Assembly (NCBI RefSeq): GCF_944389935.1
Contig: NZ_CALXOE010000010.1
Strand: one strand, 5' to 3'
DNA from: an uncultured Victivallis sp.
GTDB taxonomy: Bacteria; Verrucomicrobiota; Lentisphaeria; Victivallales; Victivallaceae
Length of the DNA: 64,000 bases
Shown here: positions 35,527-45,706 of the stretch, in pieces
Layout: the number at the start of each line of letters is the position of its first letter
Position numbering within the stretch: position 1 is the stretch's first letter
Notes under the pieces: generated by a model
Database searches by the model: none
What the model saw: only the letters and a program-made list of their open reading frames with translations
Told to the model about the DNA's origin: nothing
Program-made: the position numbers and the translations under genes

Positions 35527-37920
35527 ATGCCGAGATTTTTCAAAGTTGTAGGCCACCGGGGAATGCCGTCACGCTACCCGGAAAACACCCTGCCCTCGTT
35601 CAAAGCCGCCATCGAAGCCGGAGTCGATGCCATTGAATTCGACGTGCATCCGACCTGCGACGGACGGTTGGTGGTGACGCACGACGATACGCTCGAACGA
35701 TGCAGCAACGGCAGCGGTCCGGTTCATGACCGGACTCTGGCGGAACTGCGCAAACTCGATTTCGGCTCGTGGAAAGGAGCTGCGTTCGTCGGAACGCAAA
35801 TACCGGTATTGGAGGAAGTTCTCGATCTCGCATGCGCCATGAGCGATACGCTTGAACTGTTGATCGAACTCAAGGAAGACGATGAACGGTGCGCGCTGGC
35901 CGTGCTTGAGGAGATCACGCGCAGGGGGATTCTTGATCGAGTCGTCATCCTCTCATTCTATGCAAATCTGCTGAAACAACTGCATGAACGGGAACCGCGA
36001 CTGCGTCTGCAGGGATTCCCGCTCAAAGTGTTTGCGCGGCCGGAACAGGATGCGTACGAGTGGCTTTTCCGGCTCTGCCTCTGGCGGCAGGAGATCACCC
36101 GGGAAGAGGTCGATGCGTTTCATGCGCGCGGAATCGAAGTCGATGTCTGTCCGGTGGACAGCGGGGAAGATCTCGAAGCGATCCGGAATCTCGAAGTCGA
36201 TACCGTGACCACCAACGCCGCGGACGTCTTGATGCCGCTTCTGCGGGAATCGGGATTGCGCCCCGCTCCGCTGCCGCGCGAATACACGGCATGGCGACTG
36301 CATGGAAGCGGACTCGACCAGCTGCTGCCGGAACGACTGCCGCTGCCGGAGCCGGCCCCCGGGGAGATCCTGGTGCGCATCGATGCGGTCGGGCTCTGTT
36401 TTTCCGACATCAAAATCATTCGCGCGGGCGCAAATCACCCGAAACTCAACGGCCGGGACCTCCATGCCAATCCGCTTACGCCGGGCCATGAGGCGGTGAT
36501 GACCATCGTCAAAACCGGCAGCGCCGTTCCGCTGCGTTATGCTCCCGGCCAACGATTTCTGATTCAGTGCGACATCTACGTCAACTCCCGCAGCTGCGCC
36601 TACGGTTATGCAATGAACGGCGCCTATGCCCAGTACGGTGTGATCGACGAACGGGTCTGGCGCGGGGAAGGACGCAGTTATCTGCTCGATTTTCCGGAGA
36701 CGCTTTCCTGCGTCGCCACCGCTCTGATCGAACCGTGGAGCTGTGTGCGCGGGTCGTACGGGATCGAGCATCGAAACGCTCCCCGGCCGGGAGGCCGCAC
36801 ATTGATCGGCACCATCACCGGAGCGGACAATGTACTCCGGGCGGGGGAGCTTTTCCGCACTTCGGCTCCCGGCGAAATCGCCGCATTCGGGCTTTCCGAA
36901 GCGACCGTCCGGAGTCTGGAAAAGGAGCTCGGCCGTGAGGTTGCGCGGCTGACCGCGATTCCTGCGGGAGAAGAGTTCGATGACGTCGTCTGCTGGAATG
37001 TGACGGATCCGGGTTTGGCCGAGGCGCTGGCCGGGCTCGCGGGCGCACACGGCATCGTCAATTTTCTCGGAAAAACGCCGTCCCTTCCCTGTCGGATCGA
37101 TGTGGGCGCTCTTCACTACCGGAATCGGTACTATCAGGGTGCGCCCGATGGAGAAATCTCCGCGCTTTACCGCCGGAAGCGGCGAACCGGCCTCCTCGCC
37201 GGCGGCAACGCCTGGTTCATCGGAGGAGCCGGAGCGATGGGGCAGATGCACGTTGAACTGGCAATTTCCGGTCCGGAGAGCCCCTCCCGTATTCTCGTCA
37301 CGGATCTCGATGCGGAGCGGCTCGAACACCTGAAGCGGCAACTTTCCCCGCAGGCTGCGGCGAAAGGGATCGACCTGAAATTTCTGAATCCCGCTGCCAT
37401 CGAACCGGAACGCTTTACAACGGAGCTCCACTCTTTTGCGCCGGAGGGATTCGACGACGCGGTCATTCTTGTTCCGAGTGCGGCACTGGTCGAGGAAGCG
37501 GCCGGATTCCTGCGCGATGGCGCACTGGTCAATGTGTTCGCGGGAATTCCGACCGGCGAGAGCGCCTTGCTCGATCTCGCCGCGATCACCGAACGGGGAA
37601 TCCGCTACACCGGATCGAGCGGCAGCAGTTTCGACGATATGGCCGAAACTTTGCGTCTCGCCGCAGCCGGGGAGTTTCACCCGGAACGCGCTCTCGCGGC
37701 GATCGGCGGGATGAATGCACTGAAAAAGGGATTGGAAGCGGTTGCGGCGGGGCGTTTTCCCGGCAAAACCGCCATTCTCCCGAACTGCCCGGATCTGCCT
37801 TTGACCTCGATTGCCGACCTCGGGAAACTCGATCCCGAACTCGCCGCCACCCTCGATGAGAGCGGCTGCTACACGATCGCGACCGAAGCGGCGCTGATCC
37901 GGAAATGGGGGAAAGCATGA
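35527..37920 (+). CDS. Fusion of glycerophosphodiester phosphodiesterase (GDPD) and zinc-dependent SorE-like sugar-phosphate reductase/dehydrogenase
   Basis: N-terminal GHRG, ENTLPSF, EFDV, HD, ELK; C-terminal DAVGLCFSDIK, PGHE, LIEPWSCV, GGAGAMG. Confidence 0.85.
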   Translation: MPRFFKVVGHRGMPSRYPENTLPSFKAAIEAGVDAIEFDVHPTCDGRLVVTHDDTLERCSNGSGPVHDRTLAELRKLDFGSWKGAAFVGTQIPVLEEVLDLACAMSDTLELLIELKEDDERCALAVLEEITRRGILDRVVILSFYANLLKQLHEREPRLRLQGFPLKVFARPEQDAYEWLFRLCLWRQEITREEVDAFHARGIEVDVCPVDSGEDLEAIRNLEVDTVTTNAADVLMPLLRESGLRPAPLPREYTAWRLHGSGLDQLLPERLPLPEPAPGEILVRIDAVGLCFSDIKIIRAGANHPKLNGRDLHANPLTPGHEAVMTIVKTGSAVPLRYAPGQRFLIQCDIYVNSRSCAYGYAMNGAYAQYGVIDERVWRGEGRSYLLDFPETLSCVATALIEPWSCVRGSYGIEHRNAPRPGGRTLIGTITGADNVLRAGELFRTSAPGEIAAFGLSEATVRSLEKELGREVARLTAIPAGEEFDDVVCWNVTDPGLAEALAGLAGAHGIVNFLGKTPSLPCRIDVGALHYRNRYYQGAPDGEISALYRRKRRTGLLAGGNAWFIGGAGAMGQMHVELAISGPESPSRILVTDLDAERLEHLKRQLSPQAAAKGIDLKFLNPAAIEPERFTTELHSFAPEGFDDAVILVPSAALVEEAAGFLRDGALVNVFAGIPTGESALLDLAAITERGIRYTGSSGSSFDDMAETLRLAAAGEFHPERALAAIGGMNALKKGLEAVAAGRFPGKTAILPNCPDLPLTSIADLGKLDPELAATLDESGCYTIATEAALIRKWGKA

Positions 37921-38855
37921 TGCCGACCTCCCCGGAAATCCTCGTATTCGGCGCCAATCCGGCCTGGCAGAAAACCCTCACATTCCCCCGGCTGACACCC
38001 GGAGCGGTCAATCGAGCCATATCTCTGGACGCCTATGCCGCGGGAAAAGGCGTCAACTTCTGTCGGGCCGCAGCCGGTCACGGGCGCTGTCGAACCCTGC
38101 TGTTCCAATTCAGCGGCGGAGAAAACGGCGCGCGACACGAAGCGGCGTTACGGGACGAGGGGATCTGCTTTCACCGAATCCGCACCGCGGCCGAAACCCG
38201 CTGCTGTCTGACCTGTCTGGACCGGACAACCGGAGAAATGACGGAACTCATCGAACCCTCTTCCCCGGTAACGCCGGAGGAAGCAACGGCTATGACCGCC
38301 GCCTTTTCCCGGAGTCTTGCCGACGCGACCGGCGCAGCCATCGTCGGAAGCCTGCCGGACGGGACGGATCCGAACCTCTATTGCGACATCATCCGACTTA
38401 TCAGGGAGAAAGGAGTTCCGGTCCTTATAGACGCCGCTGCCAATATAGTTCCGGCTCTCGATCTTGCGGAACAGTTTATTCTGAAGATCAACCGCCGGGA
38501 ACTTCAGAATCTGACCGGGGGAACGAGTCCGGCCGCAGCGCTGTCCGCCGCACGGGATCGCTGGCCCGGAGCGATTTTCGTCATAACGGGGGGGCCGGAA
38601 GCCGCATGGCTCGCCGTCGGGGATGAAACATATTGCTGCAAACAGCCGCAGCTTTCGATTCTCTCTCCGCTCGGAGCGGGCGACACCTGTTCGGCAGTAC
38701 TGTTCTCGGAACTGCTCTGCGGAACCCCATTGAAAGAGGCGTTCCGAATCGCGCTCGCGGCGGCCAATGCCAACTGTCTGATTCCGCGAGCGGGAACGTT
38801 CGATCCGGAAACACGCGATGCAATCGCTTCGCGTCTCTTCATCGAACCCTTCTGA
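37917..38855 (+). CDS. PfkB-family kinase (1-phosphofructokinase/tagatose-6-phosphate kinase-like)
   Basis: NPAWQKT, AAGKGVN, GSLP, LKINRREL, SPLGAGD; ATGA overlap. Confidence 0.88.
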   Translation: MMPTSPEILVFGANPAWQKTLTFPRLTPGAVNRAISLDAYAAGKGVNFCRAAAGHGRCRTLLFQFSGGENGARHEAALRDEGICFHRIRTAAETRCCLTCLDRTTGEMTELIEPSSPVTPEEATAMTAAFSRSLADATGAAIVGSLPDGTDPNLYCDIIRLIREKGVPVLIDAAANIVPALDLAEQFILKINRRELQNLTGGTSPAAALSAARDRWPGAIFVITGGPEAAWLAVGDETYCCKQPQLSILSPLGAGDTCSAVLFSELLCGTPLKEAFRIALAAANANCLIPRAGTFDPETRDAIASRLFIEPF

Positions 38856-38865
38856 AACGCAGAAG

Positions 38866-38902
38866 AAAAAACGGCCCTCTCCATCCGGAGAGAGCCGATT
38901 TT
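38866..38902. terminator. Bidirectional terminator between pfkB and fba
   Basis: A-run, CGGC-CTCTCC / GGAGAG-GCCG hairpin, T-run. Confidence 0.7.
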
Positions 38903-38924
38903 CTGATCGCTGAAGATCGATCGC

Positions 38925-39905
38925 TTATTTGTCGTAAGCATGGCCGGCAGAGCCGAGCACTTCGATGTTCTTGCGCTTGTAGAGCTCTTTCAGAGCGGTA
39001 CGGGCCGGGCCGAGATACTTGCGCGGATCGAATTCCTCCGGCTTCTCGTTGAAGACCTTGCGGATCGCGGCGGTCATCGCGAGACGGCCGTCGGAGTCGA
39101 TGTTGATCTTGCAGACCGCGGATTTCGCAGCGGCGCGGAGCTGATCTTCGCCGATGCCGATCGCGTCCTTGAGTTTGCCGCCGTTCTCGTTGATGATCTT
39201 GACCAGATCCTGCGGAACGCTCGAGGAGCCGTGCAGCACGATCGGGAATCCCGGGATGCGCTTTTCGATCTCGGCGAGGATGTCGAGACGGATCTTCGGA
39301 TCGTCGCCCGGCTTGAATTTGTAGGCGCCGTGGCTGGTGCCGATCGCAATCGCGAGGGAGTCGACGCCGGTGCGTTTGACGAAGTCCTCGACCTCTTCCG
39401 GACGGGTGTAGGTGTGCTTTTCCGCCTTGACATCATCCTCGATGCCGGCCAGAACGCCGAGCTCGCCCTCGACGGTGACGTCGAACTTGTGAGCGTATTC
39501 GACGACCTTGCGGGTCTCGATGATGTTCTGTTCATACGGCAGATGGGATCCGTCGATCATGACCGAGGAGAAGCCCATGTCGATGCAGCTCTTGCAGGTC
39601 TCGAAATCCGGACCGTGGTCGAGGTGCAGGCAGATCGGAATGCCCTTGCCGCCGGAAATCTCCTTGGCATATTCGACCGCGCCCTGAGCGAGGTAACGCA
39701 GCAGGGTCTGGTTCGCGTACTCGCGGGCGCCCTTGGAAACCTGCAGAATCACCGGGGATTCGGTTTCGACGCAGGCCTGGATGATCGCCTGGAGCTGTTC
39801 CATGTTGTTGAAGTTGTACGCCGGAATCGCGTAGTGGCCCTTCATCGCCTTGGCGAACATTTCCTTCGTGTTCACCAGGCCGAGATCTTTGTAGCTGACC
39901 GCCAT
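38925..39905 (-). CDS. fba: Class II fructose-1,6-bisphosphate aldolase
   Basis: AYNFNNMEQ, HLDHG, SVMIDGS, VEGELG, AIAIGTSHG, LHGSS, KINIDSD; start ATG 39905. Confidence 0.96.
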   Translation of the reverse strand: MAVSYKDLGLVNTKEMFAKAMKGHYAIPAYNFNNMEQLQAIIQACVETESPVILQVSKGAREYANQTLLRYLAQGAVEYAKEISGGKGIPICLHLDHGPDFETCKSCIDMGFSSVMIDGSHLPYEQNIIETRKVVEYAHKFDVTVEGELGVLAGIEDDVKAEKHTYTRPEEVEDFVKRTGVDSLAIAIGTSHGAYKFKPGDDPKIRLDILAEIEKRIPGFPIVLHGSSSVPQDLVKIINENGGKLKDAIGIGEDQLRAAAKSAVCKINIDSDGRLAMTAAIRKVFNEKPEEFDPRKYLGPARTALKELYKRKNIEVLGSAGHAYDK

Positions 39906-40054
39906 AAAAAGACTCCTTAACTGGTTGTGAATTTCACCGAACAATTTCGGTATTCAATAGGATATAACTTAACTTGTTTGCGGAAAAATGCAAGCCGCGG
40001 AACTCGAAAAATCAGGGTAAAATCAAAATCCCGCCCGATTTTTTTCGCGAACGA

Positions 40055-40083
40055 TTGAAAAAAAACCAATCGGGTATTATAAT
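40055..40083 (+). promoter_or_regulatory. Sigma70-type promoter of the esterase gene
   Basis: TTGAAA-N17-TATAAT. Confidence 0.7.
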
Positions 40084-40131
40084 ATGGGAAATTTGTCCAA
40101 TCCGGAAATCAACAAATCAAGGAGTTGAAGA

Positions 40132-42360
40132 ATGGAAAAAAGGATTCCGCTGTCCGCGGCATTCGCAGCGGCGTTCCTGCTCTCCGGCTGTGTGGCGGAA
40201 AAGCAGGAGTGTCAGAAGCCGATTCCCGAAGAACCTCAGGTGACGATTCCTGCGCAGACCGCTCCCGAGGCTGCCGCCACGGAGCAGGAAAAACCCGGAA
40301 CACCGGACTCCATCCGTGCTCTGTCGATGGCGGAAAAATTCTCGGTCCGCAAGGTGTACGGCGATCACATGGTGCTGCAGCGCCGCTGCCCGATCCGGAT
40401 CTGCGGAACGGCCCCGGCCGGCAAAATGGTCCTCGTCGGAGTCGGCCCGAACAGCGTGCTCGCGACAGCCGGTGAAAACGGCGTCTGGGAAGCGGTACTT
40501 CCGGCGATGGAGGCGGGCGGCCCCTATATGGTCAGCGTCACAGGAGCACCGGGCAGCGAACCGGTCGTGTTCAAAGACGTTCTGATCGGAGACGTCTGGC
40601 TTGCAACCGGCCAGTCCAACATGGAAATGCCCGTTTACAGCAAAGGACGTTTCTGGTCCACCAAGAACGGAAAAGAAGAAGCCGCTCAGGCGAATTATCC
40701 GGAGATCCGCCTCTACAACGCGACGTCGAAAAAATATGTCTCTCCGGGGGTCGTCCAGAGCGAAGTCGTCGGTCCGGGCTGGAAACGCTGTACCCCGGAA
40801 ACAGCCGCACCGTTCAGCGCGGTGGCTTTCTACTTCGGCCGCCAGCTTCAGAAAGACATCGATGTGCCGATCGGCCTCATCAGCGCAAGCTGGGGCGGCA
40901 CGGCGATCCAGCCGTGGATCAGTTACGACGCTTACGCGCGCGCCGGCAGAACCCGCGAACAGCTCACAATCGACCGCATCCTCAAGAACTCGGCGGAACA
41001 CCAGGCGAAATATGAAGCCGCTGCAGCCAAAGCGAAAAAGGCGTTCACCGACTGGGAAAAACGGTTCTACAGCACCTATCAGAAAGAGACGGCGGCCGCG
41101 GCCGACTGGAAGAATCCCGATTATGACGACTCCTCCTGGCAGCGACTCACCGATCTTCAAAACTCGTTTCCGGACGGTGTCGACGGCGTCGGCTGGTATC
41201 GCAAGAGTGTTGATCTCCCCGCAAACTGGGCAGGCAAAACCCTCAAACTCTCCCTCGGCGGCATCGATGACTGCGACGAAACCTATTTCAACGGCGTCAA
41301 GGTCGGAGCGACCGGGACGGACGTCGACAACTACTGGTCGGTCGACCGGAACTACACGGTTCCCGGCAATCTCGTCAAGGCCGGACGCAATGTCATTGCC
41401 GTCCGGGTCAGCGACATGTTCTCCGCGGGCGGACTTCAGGACGAGCCGTCGGCCCGTTTCCTGCAATCCGGGGATCAGAAGATCGGCCTCGGCGGAGAAT
41501 GGCGGTTCCGGCTCGAGTTCGCGGCCGACCTGAAACGCCTCGGCGTCCGCCCGGATCCGCTGGCGCACATGACCACCGATGAACGCCATCCGAGTTTTCC
41601 CGCGACACTTTACAACTCCATGCTTGCGCCGTGGACGGTCTATCCGATCTGCGGGGTACTCTGGTATCAGGGCGAGAGCAACGCCGGCGACCCGAAAGAT
41701 TATATCGAGCTGCAGAAACTTCTGATCTCGGATATGAGAACCCGCTGGAACAACCCGAAGCTGCCGTTCCTCTTCGTCCAGCTCTCCGGCTTTGAGAAGC
41801 ATTCGCCCGACAAACGGCTGCCGGATGACTTCTGGGTCGGACGGGCGCCGGGAGATCCCACCTGGGCAGCTTTCCGCGAGGCACAGGCCGCCACGCTCAG
41901 CGTGCCGTACACCGGCATGGCCGTCTGCATCGACGCGGGCGACCACTCCGATATCCACCCGGCCAACAAACAGGTGGTCGGCTATCGGCTCGCCAAAGAG
42001 GCCGAGCGGATTCACTATGGAAAGAACATCATCTCGGCCGGCCCCTGGTTCCGTTCGATGAAAATCGAGGGCAACAAAGCGATCCTCTCGTTCGACAACG
42101 TCGGCGGCGGCCTCGTCGCCTCCGGCAACAGGGAGGGGAAACTGAACTGCTTTGCCATTGCCGGAAAAGACGGGAAATTCGTCTGGGCCGATGCCGTCAT
42201 CGACGGCGACAAGGTCGTGGTGAGCTCTCCGTCGGTCAAAGAGCCCGCGGCCGTCCGCTACGGCTGGGTCAGCTACGCGGGCAATCTGAATTTCTACAAC
42301 AAGGACGGTTTCCCGGCCTGCCCGTTCCGGACCGACAAACCGGACTACATCACAAAGTAA
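40132..42360 (+). CDS. Sialate O-acetylesterase-family lipoprotein (split SGNH domain with inserted sugar-binding domain)
   Basis: Lipobox LSGC, GQSNME, WYQGESN, DIHPANK, AVRYGW. Confidence 0.88.
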   Translation: MEKRIPLSAAFAAAFLLSGCVAEKQECQKPIPEEPQVTIPAQTAPEAAATEQEKPGTPDSIRALSMAEKFSVRKVYGDHMVLQRRCPIRICGTAPAGKMVLVGVGPNSVLATAGENGVWEAVLPAMEAGGPYMVSVTGAPGSEPVVFKDVLIGDVWLATGQSNMEMPVYSKGRFWSTKNGKEEAAQANYPEIRLYNATSKKYVSPGVVQSEVVGPGWKRCTPETAAPFSAVAFYFGRQLQKDIDVPIGLISASWGGTAIQPWISYDAYARAGRTREQLTIDRILKNSAEHQAKYEAAAAKAKKAFTDWEKRFYSTYQKETAAAADWKNPDYDDSSWQRLTDLQNSFPDGVDGVGWYRKSVDLPANWAGKTLKLSLGGIDDCDETYFNGVKVGATGTDVDNYWSVDRNYTVPGNLVKAGRNVIAVRVSDMFSAGGLQDEPSARFLQSGDQKIGLGGEWRFRLEFAADLKRLGVRPDPLAHMTTDERHPSFPATLYNSMLAPWTVYPICGVLWYQGESNAGDPKDYIELQKLLISDMRTRWNNPKLPFLFVQLSGFEKHSPDKRLPDDFWVGRAPGDPTWAAFREAQAATLSVPYTGMAVCIDAGDHSDIHPANKQVVGYRLAKEAERIHYGKNIISAGPWFRSMKIEGNKAILSFDNVGGGLVASGNREGKLNCFAIAGKDGKFVWADAVIDGDKVVVSSPSVKEPAAVRYGWVSYAGNLNFYNKDGFPACPFRTDKPDYITK

Positions 42361-42375
42361 ACAAAAAAATCAATC

Positions 42376-42407
42376 GGGGGGACGGCGGCGAGTCGTCCCC
42401 TCTTTTT
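42376..42407 (+). terminator. Intrinsic terminator
   Basis: GGGGACGGC / GTCGTCCCC stem then TCTTTTT. Confidence 0.7.
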
Positions 42408-42430
42408 CAATCAATCAGAAAGGACACACC

Positions 42431-43396
42431 ATGTTGATCGATATGCCATTGGCTGAAATGAAGAGCTATCTCGGCAGCTCTCCGCGCCCGGAGGATTTTG
42501 ACCGTTACTGGGCGGACTCTCTCGCCGAACTTGAGGCGACGCCACCGGAACTGGAACTGACGCCGGCGAAGTTCCAGGCTCCGAACGCCGAATGCTTCGA
42601 TCTGCGGTTCACAGGAACGGGCGGAGCGCGGGTTTACGCCAAATTGCTGCGTCCGGTGAAAACGGCGGGGAAACATCCGGCGGTTGTGCAGTTTCACGGA
42701 TACTCCGGCAATTCCGGGGACTGGAGCGACAAGCTCAGTTACGTCAACGCCGGCTTCACAGTGGCGTCTCTCGATGTGCGCGGCCAGGGCGGACTTTCGC
42801 AGGATGTGACGCCGGTTACCGGGACAACGCTGCGCGGACACATCATCCGCGGCGTGGATGATCCCGATCCGAAGAAACTGCTGTTCCGCAATATCTATCT
42901 CGATACGGTGCGGCTGACCCGCCTGGTCATGGCGATGGACGATGTTGACGAAACGCGGGTCGGCGCGATGGGCGGATCGCAGGGAGGCGGCCTCACGCTC
43001 GCCTGTGCCGGACTCGTTCCGGAACTGAACCGGGCTTGTGCCGTGTATCCGTTTCTGTCGGACTACCGGCGGGTCTGGAACATGGATCTGGCCAAGGCGG
43101 CATACGAAGAACTGCAGTATTATTTCCGTCAGTTCGACCCGACGCACGCACATGAAGAGGAGTTTTTCCAGCGGCTCGGCTACATCGATGTGCAGAATCT
43201 TGCGCCGCGCATCCGCTGCCGGATTCTGATGGTCACGGGACTCATGGATACGGTCTGCCCGCCGTCGACCCAGTTTGCGGCGTACAACAAGATCACTTCG
43301 TCGAAAGAACAGGTGTTCTACCCGGACTTCGGCCACGAGTGGCTGCCCGGCAGCAGCGACCTCATATTCCAATACATGATGGAGATGCTGCAGTAA
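42431..43396 (+). CDS. Acetyl xylan esterase / cephalosporin C deacetylase (CE7)
   Basis: FHGYSG, DVRGQGG, GGSQGG, DTVCPPSTQFA, FGHE. Confidence 0.93.
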   Translation: MLIDMPLAEMKSYLGSSPRPEDFDRYWADSLAELEATPPELELTPAKFQAPNAECFDLRFTGTGGARVYAKLLRPVKTAGKHPAVVQFHGYSGNSGDWSDKLSYVNAGFTVASLDVRGQGGLSQDVTPVTGTTLRGHIIRGVDDPDPKKLLFRNIYLDTVRLTRLVMAMDDVDETRVGAMGGSQGGGLTLACAGLVPELNRACAVYPFLSDYRRVWNMDLAKAAYEELQYYFRQFDPTHAHEEEFFQRLGYIDVQNLAPRIRCRILMVTGLMDTVCPPSTQFAAYNKITSSKEQVFYPDFGHEWLPGSSDLIFQYMMEMLQ

Positions 43397-43397
43397 A

Positions 43398-43742
43398 ATG
43401 GCGGAATCAGATTGCACGAAAAAGCTCTCGAAAGAGGAACTCGAGTCGATGCCGTTTGAACAGGCATTGGAAAAACTCGAAGCCCTCGTCGCCAAAATGG
43501 AGACAGGACGGCTTCCGCTCGAAGAACTCATGCAGAACTTCGAGGCCGGAAGCGAACTCGCCCGGGCCTGCCGCGCAAAACTCGACAAACTCGAGCGGAA
43601 AATCGAACTTCTGACCCGCGACGACGGCGGCGATGGCGTATGGACCGACTTCGAGTCGGATGTTCCCTCCCCCGTCCGGAACGCGCCGGAGCCTCCTCCT
43701 GCCGCCGCCGAACCGCCGGCGGCAGAGGAGCTGCCTTTCTAA
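43398..43742 (+). CDS. xseB: Exodeoxyribonuclease VII small subunit
   Basis: FEQALEKLEALVAKME.G.LPLEE....FE.G..L...C...L...E.KI; Pro/Ala-rich tail. Confidence 0.88.
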   Translation: MAESDCTKKLSKEELESMPFEQALEKLEALVAKMETGRLPLEELMQNFEAGSELARACRAKLDKLERKIELLTRDDGGDGVWTDFESDVPSPVRNAPEPPPAAAEPPAAEELPF

Positions 43743-44524
43743 CGCAGCCCGACAGCGATGGCGGAGATCAGTGCGACGGCCTCATCCGCGCCACGGTCGA
43801 GCAGAGTCCCGACCATGGCGCTGCCGACGACAACGGCATCGGCGTGCGCGGAGACCTCTTTCGCCATCTCGGGCGTGGAGATGCCGAATCCGGCAGCCAC
43901 GGGGAGACGACACGCCCGCCGGGCTGCTTCGAGTTCCGCGGCGAGTTCGGGAGGAAGCGAGCTGCGTACTCCGGTGACGCCGCGGACCGTGATGCAGTAG
44001 ACGAAACCACCGCACCCCTCGGCAATCCGCGCGGCGCGTTCCGGCGATGTCGCCGGAGAAACGAGCGGAATGAAGTCGAGTCCGTACGTTTCACAGACGG
44101 GCATGAATTCGCCTCGCTCCTCCATCGGCAGATCTACGACAAGCACGCCGTCGATGCCGGCTTTTTTAAGCGCTCCGCCGAGCCGGTCGAGCCCGTAATG
44201 GAACAGCACATTGTAGTAGGAAAAAAGCACGAGCGGCGTCTCCGGATGAGCAGCCCGGATCCGGGTTGCGATCTCCAGAATTTTCGGCAGCGTGGTGCCG
44301 GCTTTCAATGCGACCTGACCGGCCCGCTGGATGACCGGCCCGTCGGCCATCGGGTCGGAAAAGGGAACACCGAGTTCGATCATGTCCGCACCGGCATCGA
44401 TCAGACGATCGATGAGAACTTCACTCTCCTCCGGAGTGGGACAGCCGACGGTGGCGTAAACGACGAGCGCGCTGCGCTTTTCCGCGCGGCAACGGTTCAG
44501 GCAAAGGTTGATACGCGATTCCAT
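43739..44524 (-). CDS. trpA: Tryptophan synthase alpha chain
   Basis: IELGVPFSDPMADGPVIQ, GVTG, GFGIS. Confidence 0.97.
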   Translation of the reverse strand: MESRINLCLNRCRAEKRSALVVYATVGCPTPEESEVLIDRLIDAGADMIELGVPFSDPMADGPVIQRAGQVALKAGTTLPKILEIATRIRAAHPETPLVLFSYYNVLFHYGLDRLGGALKKAGIDGVLVVDLPMEERGEFMPVCETYGLDFIPLVSPATSPERAARIAEGCGGFVYCITVRGVTGVRSSLPPELAAELEAARRACRLPVAAGFGISTPEMAKEVSAHADAVVVGSAMVGTLLDRGADEAVALISAIAVGLR

Positions 44525-44527
44525 GAT

Positions 44528-45706
44528 TCAGTTCTCCCGGCTTTTCTTGTATTTTGCAATGTTGTCCATGTCTTTGTCGCCGCGTCCGGAGAGGCAGACG
44601 ATGATCGACTCTTCCGGGGAATAATTCTTCGCGGCTTTGAACGCCTGAGCGAGCGCATGGCTCGACTCGAGAGCGGGGATGATCCCCTCGAGACGCGAGA
44701 GCGTATCGAAGGCGGCAACCGCCTCATCGTCGTTGATCGCGACATACTTCACTCTCCCCGAATCCGCGAGGAAACTGTGTTCCGGCCCGACGCCGGGGTA
44801 ATCGAGCCCCGCGGAAACGGAATACGCTTCGACGATCTGCCCGTCCGGGGTCTGGAGCAGATAGGTTTTGCATCCGTGGAGCACCCCGACACTGCCGCCG
44901 CCGATGCTGGCGGCATGTTTTCCGGTTTCGATTCCCATTCCACCGGCCTCGACGCCGGTGAGCTTCACCTCGGGATCGTCGAGGAAAGCGGAGAACATCC
45001 CGATCGCGTTGCTGCCGCCGCCGACACAGGCGAGAACCTCCGCCGGAAGTCGGCCGCGCTTTTCGAGAATCTGGCGGCGGCTCTCCGTCCCGATAACCGA
45101 TTGGAAATAGCGGACCATCGCCGGATACGGGTGCGGCCCGGCCACGGTGCCGATCACATAAAACGTGTTTTCGGCGGTGGCGACCCAGTTGCGGATCGCC
45201 TCGTTCATCGCGTCTTTCAGCGTGGCGGACCCGGAATCGACGGAGATGACCCTCGCCCCGAGTGTTTTCATACGCTCGACGTTCGGAGCCTGCCGGGCGA
45301 TGTCGACGGCACCCATGTAGACGTCGCACTCCATGCCGAAGAGTGCCGCCACGGTGGCGGTTCCGACTCCGTGCATTCCGGCGCCGGTCTCGGCGATGAG
45401 CCGGGTTTTTCCCATGCGGCGCGCGAGCAGCGCCTGGCCGATGGTGTTGTTGACCTTATGGGCACCGGTGTGGTTCAAATCCTCGCGTTTCAGATAGATA
45501 CGTGCTCCGCCGATCGATTCGGAGAGCCGTTTTGCATAGTAGAGCGGCGACTCCCGCCCGACGTAATCGGTGAGAAGATACCGGTATTCCTCCTGAAACG
45601 CGGGATCATCCTGCGCTTTCAGGAACTCCCGTTCGAGTTCGATCAGGGTCGGCATGAGGGTTTCGGCGATGTACTGACCGCCATAAATTCCATAATGAGA
45701 GTTCAT
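44528..45706 (-). CDS. trpB: Tryptophan synthase beta chain
   Basis: [44 protein letters not shown]; start ATG 45706. Confidence 0.98.
   Translation of the reverse strand: MNSHYGIYGGQYIAETLMPTLIELEREFLKAQDDPAFQEEYRYLLTDYVGRESPLYYAKRLSESIGGARIYLKREDLNHTGAHKVNNTIGQALLARRMGKTRLIAETGAGMHGVGTATVAALFGMECDVYMGAVDIARQAPNVERMKTLGARVISVDSGSATLKDAMNEAIRNWVATAENTFYVIGTVAGPHPYPAMVRYFQSVIGTESRRQILEKRGRLPAEVLACVGGGSNAIGMFSAFLDDPEVKLTGVEAGGMGIETGKHAASIGGGSVGVLHGCKTYLLQTPDGQIVEAYSVSAGLDYPGVGPEHSFLADSGRVKYVAINDDEAVAAFDTLSRLEGIIPALESSHALAQAFKAAKNYSPEESIIVCLSGRGDKDMDNIAKYKKSREN

Noticed and set aside
39951-39967. Fourth TATC-N6-GATA-like site upstream of fba
   Set aside because: One mismatch and within an AT-rich promoter region, so it could be chance; mentioned only as tentative.
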